Shown: positions 19,402 through 27,591 of the stretch, in pieces
Position numbering within the stretch: position 1 is the stretch's first letter
Layout: every line of letters starts with the position of its first letter
Source of the DNA: an uncultured virus (IMG/VR IMGVR_UViG_3300026453_000533)
Lineage: Duplodnaviria > Heunggongvirae > Uroviricota > Caudoviricetes
Reading direction: 5' to 3' (one strand)
IMG/VR virus record: IMGVR_UViG_3300026453_000533
Location: 1-64,000 of that record
Length of the DNA stretch: 64,000 bases
Made by a program: the position numbers and the translations under genes
Notes under the pieces: generated by a model
Seen by the model: only the letters and a program-made list of their open reading frames with translations
The model's database searches: none
What the model was told of the DNA's origin: nothing

Positions 19402-20727
19402 ATGAGTTTAAAAAATAGTACTTTAGGATTTGATAAAATATACGTTATAAATTTAAAACGTAGAAAAGATAGAAGAGATATATTAATTAAGGAAAATCCT
19501 GAAATTGATTTTACTTTTATTGAAGCTGTAGACGGTAAGGAAATAACAACAGTAGAATTACAAAAACAAGGTCTAGTAGGGAGTTCGTTTTTTGATCCAA
19601 CTGGTATGCTGACTACAGGTATCTTCGCTTGCGCATTATCACATAAAAAAGCTTGGGATCAAGCATTAAAGGATGGAGTTGAAAATGCACTTTTTCTAGA
19701 AGACGATATTTTCTTTGTAACTCCCTTTATAGAGAATAGCAAGCTAACACCTATATACAAGGAAATACTAAAAGAACAGAACGATATCGACTGGGATATA
19801 GTACAGTACGGGAAAAAAACTGAACAATCACATGGAATAATACTATCTAAAAATTTTGTAATTCCTAGATACAGGACTAATTTTAACGGTGCACATTGCT
19901 ACGGAGTTACAAAGCAAATGATTAAGACTCTTTCTGATAACTGTATACCGGTTAAGTATGCTGCAGATGTATATATAGAAACTTTCTACAATACTCATAA
20001 TATAATTAACCTTTCTAACAGTCTAGTAAGACAAAAATCAGATATTGCAGATGCTGCAAATGCAGATTCTGATACATACTATAACGATTATAGAGAAAGC
20101 GGCGGTAAGATAGGTATTTCTTTTGATAGTGAAGGAAATGTAATAAATAAGAGCATAGCTCAGTACATTAAACACCCAAAAGATATTATTGATCAGCATG
20201 TTGAAATAGTATTAGAGAAGTATAATTTCGGACGACAAAAATTTAACAGAGATAGCTTCTTCGGTCTATCAGATCTACTAAAGCATATAGGTAATTTTAC
20301 AGATGAAAATTCTAAAATGATTGAAATAAACAGTCATACCGGAGAGTCAACTTTTTTCTTCGGATGTAGCGGTCTGTTTAAAAACATATACACTGTCGAT
20401 TCGTATGTAGGTGAAGACGAGTTTAATATTAAGAATAATTTAAGTTGGGAAGATATTAAAATTGCCTATAGCAACAATACAAGTAGTTTTAATAATGTCA
20501 ACCACCTTACAAATCTTCCGGAAGAAATTATAGATAGCTTCTCAGATATATTCTTTACCTATATTAATAATAGAAAAAGACAAGATGTTAAAAAATTAAT
20601 TGAATCAATTCTCCCTGCAATGAATAAAGAAGGCTTTATAGGAGGATATGGTCCTACTAATATAGTACCAACCAAAACTTTTTGTGATGGGAGCTGGTTA
20701 ATTAAGGTAGGAGATATAGTTGTATAA
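19402..20727 (+). CDS. GT25-family glycosyltransferase fused to a degenerate class I methyltransferase-like domain
   Basis: YVINLKRRKDRR, FIEAVDGK, ACALSH..AW, LFLEDD, GAHCY; C-terminal MIEINSHTGES...VDSY...GFIGG. Confidence 0.8.
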   Translation: MSLKNSTLGFDKIYVINLKRRKDRRDILIKENPEIDFTFIEAVDGKEITTVELQKQGLVGSSFFDPTGMLTTGIFACALSHKKAWDQALKDGVENALFLEDDIFFVTPFIENSKLTPIYKEILKEQNDIDWDIVQYGKKTEQSHGIILSKNFVIPRYRTNFNGAHCYGVTKQMIKTLSDNCIPVKYAADVYIETFYNTHNIINLSNSLVRQKSDIADAANADSDTYYNDYRESGGKIGISFDSEGNVINKSIAQYIKHPKDIIDQHVEIVLEKYNFGRQKFNRDSFFGLSDLLKHIGNFTDENSKMIEINSHTGESTFFFGCSGLFKNIYTVDSYVGEDEFNIKNNLSWEDIKIAYSNNTSSFNNVNHLTNLPEEIIDSFSDIFFTYINNRKRQDVKKLIESILPAMNKEGFIGGYGPTNIVPTKTFCDGSWLIKVGDIVV

Positions 20728-20748
20728 TTCAAAAATAATTCTTATATT
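20720..20748 (+). promoter_or_regulatory. TTG-N20-TATATT promoter
   Basis: Fixed spacing; immediately upstream of cysC. Confidence 0.7.
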
Positions 20749-20754
20749 GATAAT

Positions 20755-21252
20755 ATGATATACTGGTTAACTGGCCAACCATGTGCTGGCAAAACAATTT
20801 TAGGAGATTTATTGCAAGAGCGTTACACACCTAATGCCTTTAGAATAGATGGAGATGATATGAGAGAATTATTCTCTAATAAAGACTACTCTATTAAAGG
20901 TAGAGTTGAAAATGTAGGTACAGCTCAACGTATTGCTCACTATCTACACAATCAAGGAAATGATGTTATAGTTTCTTTAGTAGCACCTTATTTGGATCAA
21001 AGAGAAGATTTCAAAACCCTTTTAGGTGATAATATTAAAGAAATATATGTTCACACAACAGAAGCAAGAGAACGTGACCATTGGAAAGCAATTGCGTATA
21101 TTGCCCCTCAAGGTAATTTTATTGATATAGATACTACAGACGATACACCTGAAGAATCTTTACAAAAGATAATCAATAATTTACCTAAAAAATACCCTGA
21201 AGGGTCTTTACTAAATGAATTACCACCTTCAGATTATCAATTAGATAACTAA
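20755..21252 (+). CDS. cysC: Adenylyl-sulfate (APS) kinase
   Basis: WLTGQPCAGKT, IDGDDMR, DYS..GR.EN, VIVSLVAPY...R motifs. Confidence 0.9.
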   Translation: MIYWLTGQPCAGKTILGDLLQERYTPNAFRIDGDDMRELFSNKDYSIKGRVENVGTAQRIAHYLHNQGNDVIVSLVAPYLDQREDFKTLLGDNIKEIYVHTTEARERDHWKAIAYIAPQGNFIDIDTTDDTPEESLQKIINNLPKKYPEGSLLNELPPSDYQLDN

Positions 21253-21253
21253 T

Positions 21254-21592
21254 ATGGAGAAAAAAAATACATACTTTTGTGATATAGATGGTACTATATT
21301 CAAATACCGTAAATTTGAAACATATGAGACAACAAAAGCTGAAGGAATAAAATCTACTATAGAATATTTAGACAAAGCTTCAGTTGAAGGTCATATGATA
21401 ATTTTAACTACAGCTCGTCCTGAATACCTTAGGATGCATACTGAAATAGAATTATATGAAAATGAAGTACCGTACCATAGGTTAATTATGGGTATTGAAA
21501 GGGGCCCTCGTTATTTAATCAATGATATGGATCCAAAGAAACCTGGAGAACGGGCTATTGCAATAAATTTAGAAAGAGATAAAGGTATATGA
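21254..21592 (+). CDS. Minimal HAD-superfamily phosphatase
   Basis: FCDIDGT motif I, LTTARP motif II, LIND. Confidence 0.75.
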   Translation: MEKKNTYFCDIDGTIFKYRKFETYETTKAEGIKSTIEYLDKASVEGHMIILTTARPEYLRMHTEIELYENEVPYHRLIMGIERGPRYLINDMDPKKPGERAIAINLERDKGI

Positions 21593-21987
21593 AAAAGTAT
21601 TTAGCACAAGCAGCATTCCAGTCCTCATTCAATGAGAATAAATACTCAATGTATATTGGAAGATGGCAACCTTGGCATGCAGGTCATAGATGGCTTATTG
21701 ATCAAAGATTAGAAGAAGGTAAGAACGTATGGATAGCCATTAGAGAGATACCACCAGACGAAAAAAACCCTTGGACTGCTGAGGAGGTATTAACTAACTT
21801 AGAACGTGAATTAAAAGATTTGATAGAGCAAGGTAGAGTAAAATGTACTATCGTACCGGATATTGAATCAATCAATATAGGAAGAGGAGTAGGATATGAC
21901 GTTATAGAACATTGCCCACCTGAAGAAGTAAAAAATATATCTGCTACTAAGATTAGAGAACAAATGAAAAAAGATGGCAAGTTATAA
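21589..21987 (+). CDS. HxGH nucleotidyltransferase (cytidylyltransferase-like; candidate minimal ATP sulfurylase)
   Basis: IGRWQPWHAGH and ISATKIR motifs. Confidence 0.75.
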   Translation: MKKYLAQAAFQSSFNENKYSMYIGRWQPWHAGHRWLIDQRLEEGKNVWIAIREIPPDEKNPWTAEEVLTNLERELKDLIEQGRVKCTIVPDIESINIGRGVGYDVIEHCPPEEVKNISATKIREQMKKDGKL

Positions 21988-22174
21988 AGAAACAATAGTT
22001 AAGACTTTAATTTGGAGAGTTATAGCTACATCGATAACTATACTTACTGGCTGGATAGTAAGCGGTAATTGGAAATTCGGGTTAGCTATTGGGAGCATAG
22101 ATACTGTCATAAAAACAGTAGGCTACTTTTCATTTGAAAGACTATGGGTAAAATCAACTAAATTAAAAAAATAG
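21974..22174 (+). CDS. Small membrane protein (DUF2061-like)
   Basis: KTLIWRVIAT...IG.IDTVIKT..YF.FERLW. Confidence 0.75.
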   Translation: MASYKETIVKTLIWRVIATSITILTGWIVSGNWKFGLAIGSIDTVIKTVGYFSFERLWVKSTKLKK

Positions 22175-22205
22175 CATATTTATAATAAATTAAAACACAC
22201 TTACA

Positions 22206-22514
22206 ATGACACACACTTGGAAAATATACGATCTTGAAAGACTCAAAGCAGATGGAGTAGTTACTAAAGTAACTTACGGATGCGAATCAAACGACGGTGA
22301 TTTCTCTGCTAGAAAAATAGGAGAATTTACACTAACAGGTGCAGCATCTGACGATGGATTTATTGCTTATGATGACTTATCAGAGGGTAATGTACTAGGT
22401 TGGGTAGACTCAAATGTTGATAAAGCAGCAATTGAAGCTGAATTGGTAGAATCTATCAACAACAATAAGCTACTTATAGCAGCTGAAACTACAGCAACCG
22501 GTACACCTTGGTAG
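22206..22514 (+). CDS. Small fibre-associated protein (paralog of 16366)
   Basis: Same motif set as 16366; preceded by TATTTATA at 22177. Confidence 0.7.
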   Translation: MTHTWKIYDLERLKADGVVTKVTYGCESNDGDFSARKIGEFTLTGAASDDGFIAYDDLSEGNVLGWVDSNVDKAAIEAELVESINNNKLLIAAETTATGTPW

Positions 22515-22550
22515 TAAAGAGTTAAAATTAGTTATAATTAAATAAGTTTT

Positions 22551-23426
22551 ATGAATATCATATTTCAAATAGACGGCGGTCTAGGCAAAAGCATTATGGC
22601 TACGGCAGTAGTTAAAGTGATAAGAAAACGCTATAAAAACGCACATATAGTAGTAGTATCTGCTTACCCTGATGTCTTTCTTAATAATCCACTTATTAAT
22701 GAATGTTACAGAATAGAGCAGATGAATGGTGCGTACTTAAAGTATGTAAAAGATCAAGACTGTAAGCTTTTTGTAGAAGACCCGTACCGTAATACTTCAT
22801 TTTTAACTGAAAAAGAACACCTCTTAAAGACGTGGTGTAGGATCTACGGACTTACTTATAATTTCGAACAGCCTCAAATCTACTTAACAGAACCTGAAAA
22901 GGAATATTATTCTCCATTCTATAAAACAGATAAACCAGTAATGGTTATTCAGCCAAATGGTGGTCCACAACAACAAGGATATAAATACGCCTGGACTAGA
23001 GATATTCCACAAATAACAGTAAACAGCCTAGTACAGCATTATAAGAATGATTATTCAATTGTTCATATAAAAAGAAAGGATCAGTATGAATATCCTGATA
23101 CATTAGCAGCTATGGATGGTTATAGAAGTATAGCTATATTAATAGGGTTATCTAAGAAACGTGTACTTATGGACTCATTTGGGCAACACCTTGCAGCAGC
23201 AATGAACAAAAAGTCTACTGTATGCTGGGTAACTACAAAACCAAAAGTATTTGGGTATAAACTTCATGATAACATACAGGCAAACCCCTTTACTAAAGAA
23301 CCTAATATTAAAAACGCTATATATCAGCCTTTTGGACTATCAGAAGATATATCAAGTATACCTTATAATGGACTAGAAGAAATTTTCGACATCAATAAAA
23401 TAGTTAAGTCTATTAATAATCAGTAA
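22551..23426 (+). CDS. GT9-like (heptosyltransferase-like) glycosyltransferase
   Basis: GGLGKSIMAT.VV..I...Y, F.NNP.I, MDSF.QHLAAA motifs. Confidence 0.7.
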   Translation: MNIIFQIDGGLGKSIMATAVVKVIRKRYKNAHIVVVSAYPDVFLNNPLINECYRIEQMNGAYLKYVKDQDCKLFVEDPYRNTSFLTEKEHLLKTWCRIYGLTYNFEQPQIYLTEPEKEYYSPFYKTDKPVMVIQPNGGPQQQGYKYAWTRDIPQITVNSLVQHYKNDYSIVHIKRKDQYEYPDTLAAMDGYRSIAILIGLSKKRVLMDSFGQHLAAAMNKKSTVCWVTTKPKVFGYKLHDNIQANPFTKEPNIKNAIYQPFGLSEDISSIPYNGLEEIFDINKIVKSINNQ

Positions 23427-23441
23427 TAATTAAATTAATAG

Positions 23442-23470
23442 TTGCTTAAATAAAATTAAATTCTTATATT
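23442..23470 (+). promoter_or_regulatory. TTG-N20-TATATT promoter
   Basis: Fixed spacing, intergenic. Confidence 0.7.
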
Positions 23471-23492
23471 ATATTAATAAATAAAAATAAAA

Positions 23493-23807
23493 ATGGCTAC
23501 AACTAAATTAACCCAAGAAGAAATAGATAATATTGCTAACATTAGTAAGGATAACCAGGTACTGAGACAGGAACTAGGGAAACTAGGTTTAGACAAAATC
23601 GAACTCGAATCTAGGGAGACAAACTTAAAAGCATTCTTAGCTAACATTCGCGAAAGAGAAGCTGAATTAAATAAAGCTCTAACAGATAAATACGGAGCTG
23701 GGACTGTTGACCTCCAGACAGGTGAAATAACAACACAGGACGAACAGCCTGCAGAAGATACAGTAGTTAAAACTCAACCAATCGAAGATACTGATGAAGA
23801 TAATTAA
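23493..23807 (+). CDS. Small coiled-coil protein (tandem paralog 1)
   Basis: KLTQEE...ELG.L.L.K...L.DKYG.GTVDL.TGE. Confidence 0.75.
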   Translation: MATTKLTQEEIDNIANISKDNQVLRQELGKLGLDKIELESRETNLKAFLANIREREAELNKALTDKYGAGTVDLQTGEITTQDEQPAEDTVVKTQPIEDTDEDN

Positions 23808-24048
23808 ACTTACCTCAGAGGAAGTTGAAACTTTACAGAAACTCAAATCACATAACGAATCTATAGTTAAAGAGTTTGGGTCAATACATCTTGCTAAGCT
23901 TAATTTGAAAAGTAGAGAGGAACGAGCAGAAACATTCCTAACTAATGTAAGAACCACAGAAGTTGATATTGCAAAGATGTTAGAAGACAAGTACGGCAAA
24001 GGTACTGTAAACCTTTCAACAGGTGAATTTAACTCAACAGCATCTTAA
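23794..24048 (+). CDS. Small coiled-coil protein (tandem paralog 2)
   Basis: KLTSEE...EFG.I.L.K...LEDKYG.GTVNL.TGE. Confidence 0.75.
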   Translation: MKIIKLTSEEVETLQKLKSHNESIVKEFGSIHLAKLNLKSREERAETFLTNVRTTEVDIAKMLEDKYGKGTVNLSTGEFNSTAS

Positions 24049-24177
24049 TATTCTCAGTAGACTGTTTTCGGTCTTTTATTCCTATTTATTATCGTTAAGA
24101 GGAACACTTAATTAAAAATAAGGTTTCGAATTATTAACGATATTTATTATAGAACGAATAATCTAATATAAGATACG

Positions 24178-25920
24178 ATGGCAGAATCATTAATCTCACC
24201 AGGGGTACTATCACGCGAGCAGGATAGATCTTTTATTGCACCAGCCCCACTAGAAGCAGGTGCAGCTTTCGTTGGCCCAACAGTAATGGGACCAACATTC
24301 GAACCTACAGTTGTTACTTCTTACGGAGACTACCAAAGAACATTTGGAACAACTTTTTCATCAGGTTCTGAAACATACGAATTTTTAACTTCGATTGCAG
24401 TTAAATCCTACTTCGAGCAAGGAGGAAACACAGCTCTTATTACAAGAGTTGTTTCTGGTTCTTTTACAGGAGCTACGAGCACTACAATTGGCGCAGCAGA
24501 TGGAGGAGATAAACCTTTCACTCTACAGACTTTAGGTAAAGGAGAGCTCTTTAATACTTCTACTGGAGCTGGTGACCCAGGAGCAGAAAATAGCGATGGT
24601 TCATTAAAGTTAGGTTCCGATGATAACATTAGATGGGAAATCCAAAATGTTGACCAAGCAACAGGAACATTCTCTTTAATTATCAGAAGAGGTGATGACA
24701 GCACAAAATCAAAAACTATATTAGAATCTTTTAACGATTTAAGTTTAGACCCTAACAGTGAAGGGTATATTGCTAGCGTTATTGGTGATCAGTACAAGAG
24801 TATTGGAGACGACGGAGATGGCGCATTCTTAAGTACTAACGGTCGTTACGTTAACAGATCACGTTACGTAAGAGTAGCAAGTGTTGATAGAAGAACTATT
24901 AATTACTTAGCAAACGACGGTATCAATATTAGAGAAGCATCTTACACAGGTTCTTTACCAGCTGCTAGTTCTGGTTCATTCCACGGCGCAACAGGTACTA
25001 ACTATCAGCATGATGAAGTAAATTTACATTTCGAAGATATTTCAGCAACAAACACACAAGGTTTAGTAGCTGAAAATTATGAATCTGCATTCAGCTTACT
25101 AACTAACCAAGACGAATACTTATTCAATATTATATCTGCACCAGGTCTTATCTACAGCTACGGTGAGCACAAGACTCAATTAGATTCTATGATTTCTCTA
25201 GCACAAGACAGAGGAGATGCTATCGCAGTAGTAGATTTATCACCATATGGAACAACAGTAGCACAAGCAGCAGGACATGCAGCAGTAGTAAATAACTCTT
25301 ATGCAGCATCTTACTGGCCTTGGGTACAAGTTGGTAGTTCAACAGGTAAATTAGAATTCGCTCCAGCATCAGTAGTAATACCAGGTGTATATGCCTTCAC
25401 AGATAGCGCAGCAGCACCATGGTTTGCACCAGCAGGTTTAACTAGAGGAGGTATTCCTAACGTTATCCAAGCAGAAAGAAAATTAACTAGAGCTCATAGA
25501 GATACTCTTTATGCTGCAAACGTTAACCCAATAGCTACATTCCCAGGATCTGGTATTTCAGTATTCGGTCAGAAGACATTACAGAAGAAGAAATCAGCTC
25601 TTGATCGTGTAAACGTAAGAAGATTATTGATCGCACTTAAGAAGTTCTTAGGAGATCAAGCTAAGTCATTAGTATTCGAACAAAATACTATTGCAACTAG
25701 AAACACTTTCTTAGCAAACGTTAACCCATATTTACAATCAGTAGTTGAAAGACAAGGTCTTTATGCATTCCGAGTAATAATGGATGATTCTAACAACACA
25801 GCAGACGTTATTGATAGAAACCAATTAGTAGGTCAAATCTTTATCCAACCAGCTAAAACAGCAGAATTCATTACTTTAGACTTCGTAATCCAACCAACTG
25901 GAGCTACATTGGGAGAATAA
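24178..25920 (+). CDS. Contractile tail sheath protein
   Basis: SPGVLSREQD start, YWPWV, PWFAPAG..RG, NVNPI, GQKTLQ, RVNVRRL, FEQN, PAKTAEFI.LDF. Confidence 0.95.
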   Translation: MAESLISPGVLSREQDRSFIAPAPLEAGAAFVGPTVMGPTFEPTVVTSYGDYQRTFGTTFSSGSETYEFLTSIAVKSYFEQGGNTALITRVVSGSFTGATSTTIGAADGGDKPFTLQTLGKGELFNTSTGAGDPGAENSDGSLKLGSDDNIRWEIQNVDQATGTFSLIIRRGDDSTKSKTILESFNDLSLDPNSEGYIASVIGDQYKSIGDDGDGAFLSTNGRYVNRSRYVRVASVDRRTINYLANDGINIREASYTGSLPAASSGSFHGATGTNYQHDEVNLHFEDISATNTQGLVAENYESAFSLLTNQDEYLFNIISAPGLIYSYGEHKTQLDSMISLAQDRGDAIAVVDLSPYGTTVAQAAGHAAVVNNSYAASYWPWVQVGSSTGKLEFAPASVVIPGVYAFTDSAAAPWFAPAGLTRGGIPNVIQAERKLTRAHRDTLYAANVNPIATFPGSGISVFGQKTLQKKKSALDRVNVRRLLIALKKFLGDQAKSLVFEQNTIATRNTFLANVNPYLQSVVERQGLYAFRVIMDDSNNTADVIDRNQLVGQIFIQPAKTAEFITLDFVIQPTGATLGE

Positions 25921-25958
25921 TTTTAAAATAAGATATTTATATTTAAACAACAAATAAA

Positions 25959-26444
25959 ATGGCAGTATTAGATCCTAACGAAATAATGTTCAGAGCTTTC
26001 GAACCGAAAGTACAAAACAGATTTATCATGTATATTGATGCGATCCCATCATTCATGATAAAAAACGTCAAAGCTCCTACTTTTACAGATAATGTAGTAA
26101 AGCTTGACCATATCAATTCATACAGAAAAATTAGAGGTAAAAGAGAATGGGCAGAGATGTCTATGACACTTTACGATCCGATCACTCCAAGTGGAGCACA
26201 AGCTGTTATGGAATGGGCAAGACTAGGGTACGAATCAGTAACCGGTAGAGCAGGATATTCTGACTTCTATAAGAAAGATTTAACACTTAACGTATTAGGA
26301 CCAGTAGGTGACGTAATCGGAGAGTGGATAATCAAAGGAGCATTCGTAACAAACGGAGACTTCGGCCAGTATGATTGGTCATCAGACGCAGTTGTTGATT
26401 TAGCAATCTCAATCAACATGGATTACTGCATCTTAAATTACTAG
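25959..26444 (+). CDS. Tail tube protein
   Basis: Follows the sheath; FEPK..NRF, G.REW, YKKD.TL..LGP.G...EW...GAF; TATTTATA at 25934. Confidence 0.9.
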   Translation: MAVLDPNEIMFRAFEPKVQNRFIMYIDAIPSFMIKNVKAPTFTDNVVKLDHINSYRKIRGKREWAEMSMTLYDPITPSGAQAVMEWARLGYESVTGRAGYSDFYKKDLTLNVLGPVGDVIGEWIIKGAFVTNGDFGQYDWSSDAVVDLAISINMDYCILNY

Positions 26445-26467
26445 GATACAATACATTTATTTATAGA

Positions 26468-26495
26468 AGAGCCTGCATTAGCAGGCTTTTTTTTT
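26468..26495 (+). terminator. Rho-independent terminator after the tube gene
   Basis: AGCCTGC-ATTA-GCAGGCT followed by a T tract. Confidence 0.9.
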
Positions 26496-26504
26496 GTTTA
26501 GAAG

Positions 26505-26537
26505 TTGGTTCCAAAAGTATTTCTTCGTATATTTATA
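26505..26537 (+). promoter_or_regulatory. Overlapping TTG-N20-TATATT and TATTTATA promoter motifs
   Basis: TTG at 26505, TATATTTATA at 26528-26537. Confidence 0.65.
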
Positions 26538-26566
26538 TATAAACTAGTTTACAATTAATAAAATTT

Positions 26567-27307
26567 ATGGAACCAAAATTTAAAATTCCTACCGAAACGG
26601 TAGACCTACCATCGAAAGGGCACTATTACCCTGAAGGACATCCACTTAAAGAAGGCAAAGTCGAAATGAAATATATGACTGCCAAAGAAGAAGATATCCT
26701 AACTAACCAGAATTATATAACTAAAGGAATAGTAATTGACAAATTACTTCAATCTCTTATTGTTACTGATTTTCCTTATAACGATTTATTAATCGGGGAT
26801 AAGAATGCAATTATGGTTGCAGCACGTATCTTATCTTACGGTAAAGATTACGATATTGAGTATAAAGGAGAGCAGATTACTGTCGATTTATCTGAAATTA
26901 AAGAAAAAGAATTTGACGCTAGCGTTAAACCTAATGAAGCAGGAGAGTTTGTTTTTAGTCTCCCTAAAAGCGGTAATGAAGTGACATTTAAGCTTCTCAA
27001 CCACGGAGATGACAAGAAAATAGATAGAGAGATAGAAGGTCTTAAAAAGATTAGCAGAGACAATGAGACAGGGGTTACTACAAGAATGAAACACCTTATC
27101 ACCTCAATTAACGGAGATAGAGAGCAATCAACTATCAGACAATTTGTAGACCAGGGATTATTAGCGGCTGATGCAAGAGCATTAAGAGAGGAATATTCAA
27201 GAGTACAGCCAGATGTTGAATTTAGTGTATACCATGTGAACGATCAAGGTGTTGGGGAGGACATCGACGTTCCGGTAACTATCAACTTTTTTTGGCCTGA
27301 CGCTTAA
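26567..27307 (+). CDS. Tail assembly chaperone / baseplate hub assembly protein (gp26-like)
   Basis: LPSKG, MTAKEEDIL, GDKNAIM.AARI.SYG, ends INFFWPDA; lies between tube and tape measure. Confidence 0.75.
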   Translation: MEPKFKIPTETVDLPSKGHYYPEGHPLKEGKVEMKYMTAKEEDILTNQNYITKGIVIDKLLQSLIVTDFPYNDLLIGDKNAIMVAARILSYGKDYDIEYKGEQITVDLSEIKEKEFDASVKPNEAGEFVFSLPKSGNEVTFKLLNHGDDKKIDREIEGLKKISRDNETGVTTRMKHLITSINGDREQSTIRQFVDQGLLAADARALREEYSRVQPDVEFSVYHVNDQGVGEDIDVPVTINFFWPDA

Positions 27308-27554
27308 ACAAGCTGCTGAGTATAGAAGCGGTTTATTCCGGCAAATACACGAAATAGTGTTTCATGGTAAAGGCGGCTATGATTGGGGCACCGTGTATAA
27401 TATGCCGATATGGTTACGTAAGTTTACCTTTGGTGCAATTAATGAATTTCACAAAGAACAAAACGAAGTAAATAACACAGGACAGACCTCTAGTAACGAT
27501 ATTCCTAAAGGTCCAAATATTTCTCCATCGTATAGTACAAAGGCTTCTAAATAA
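27279..27554 (+). CDS. Frameshift-accessed C-terminal extension of the tail chaperone
   Basis: The +1 frame is open from 27279 (after TAA at 27276) across the T7 run and gives FFGLTLKQAAEYRSGLFRQIHEIVFHGKGGYDW..VYNMPIWLRKF; no ATG precedes this region. Confidence 0.65.
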   Translation, partial: LSTFFGLTLKQAAEYRSGLFRQIHEIVFHGKGGYDWGTVYNMPIWLRKFTFGAINEFHKEQNEVNNTGQTSSNDIPKGPNISPSYSTKASK

Positions 27555-27591
27555 TAGAGGCCTTTACTATTTATAAAAAAGAATACAGCAA

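Noticed and set aside
20755..21252. cysC as evidence of assimilatory sulfate reduction
   Set aside because: No cysH or sulfite reductase in the window; the nearby sulfotransferase gives a simpler use for PAPS.
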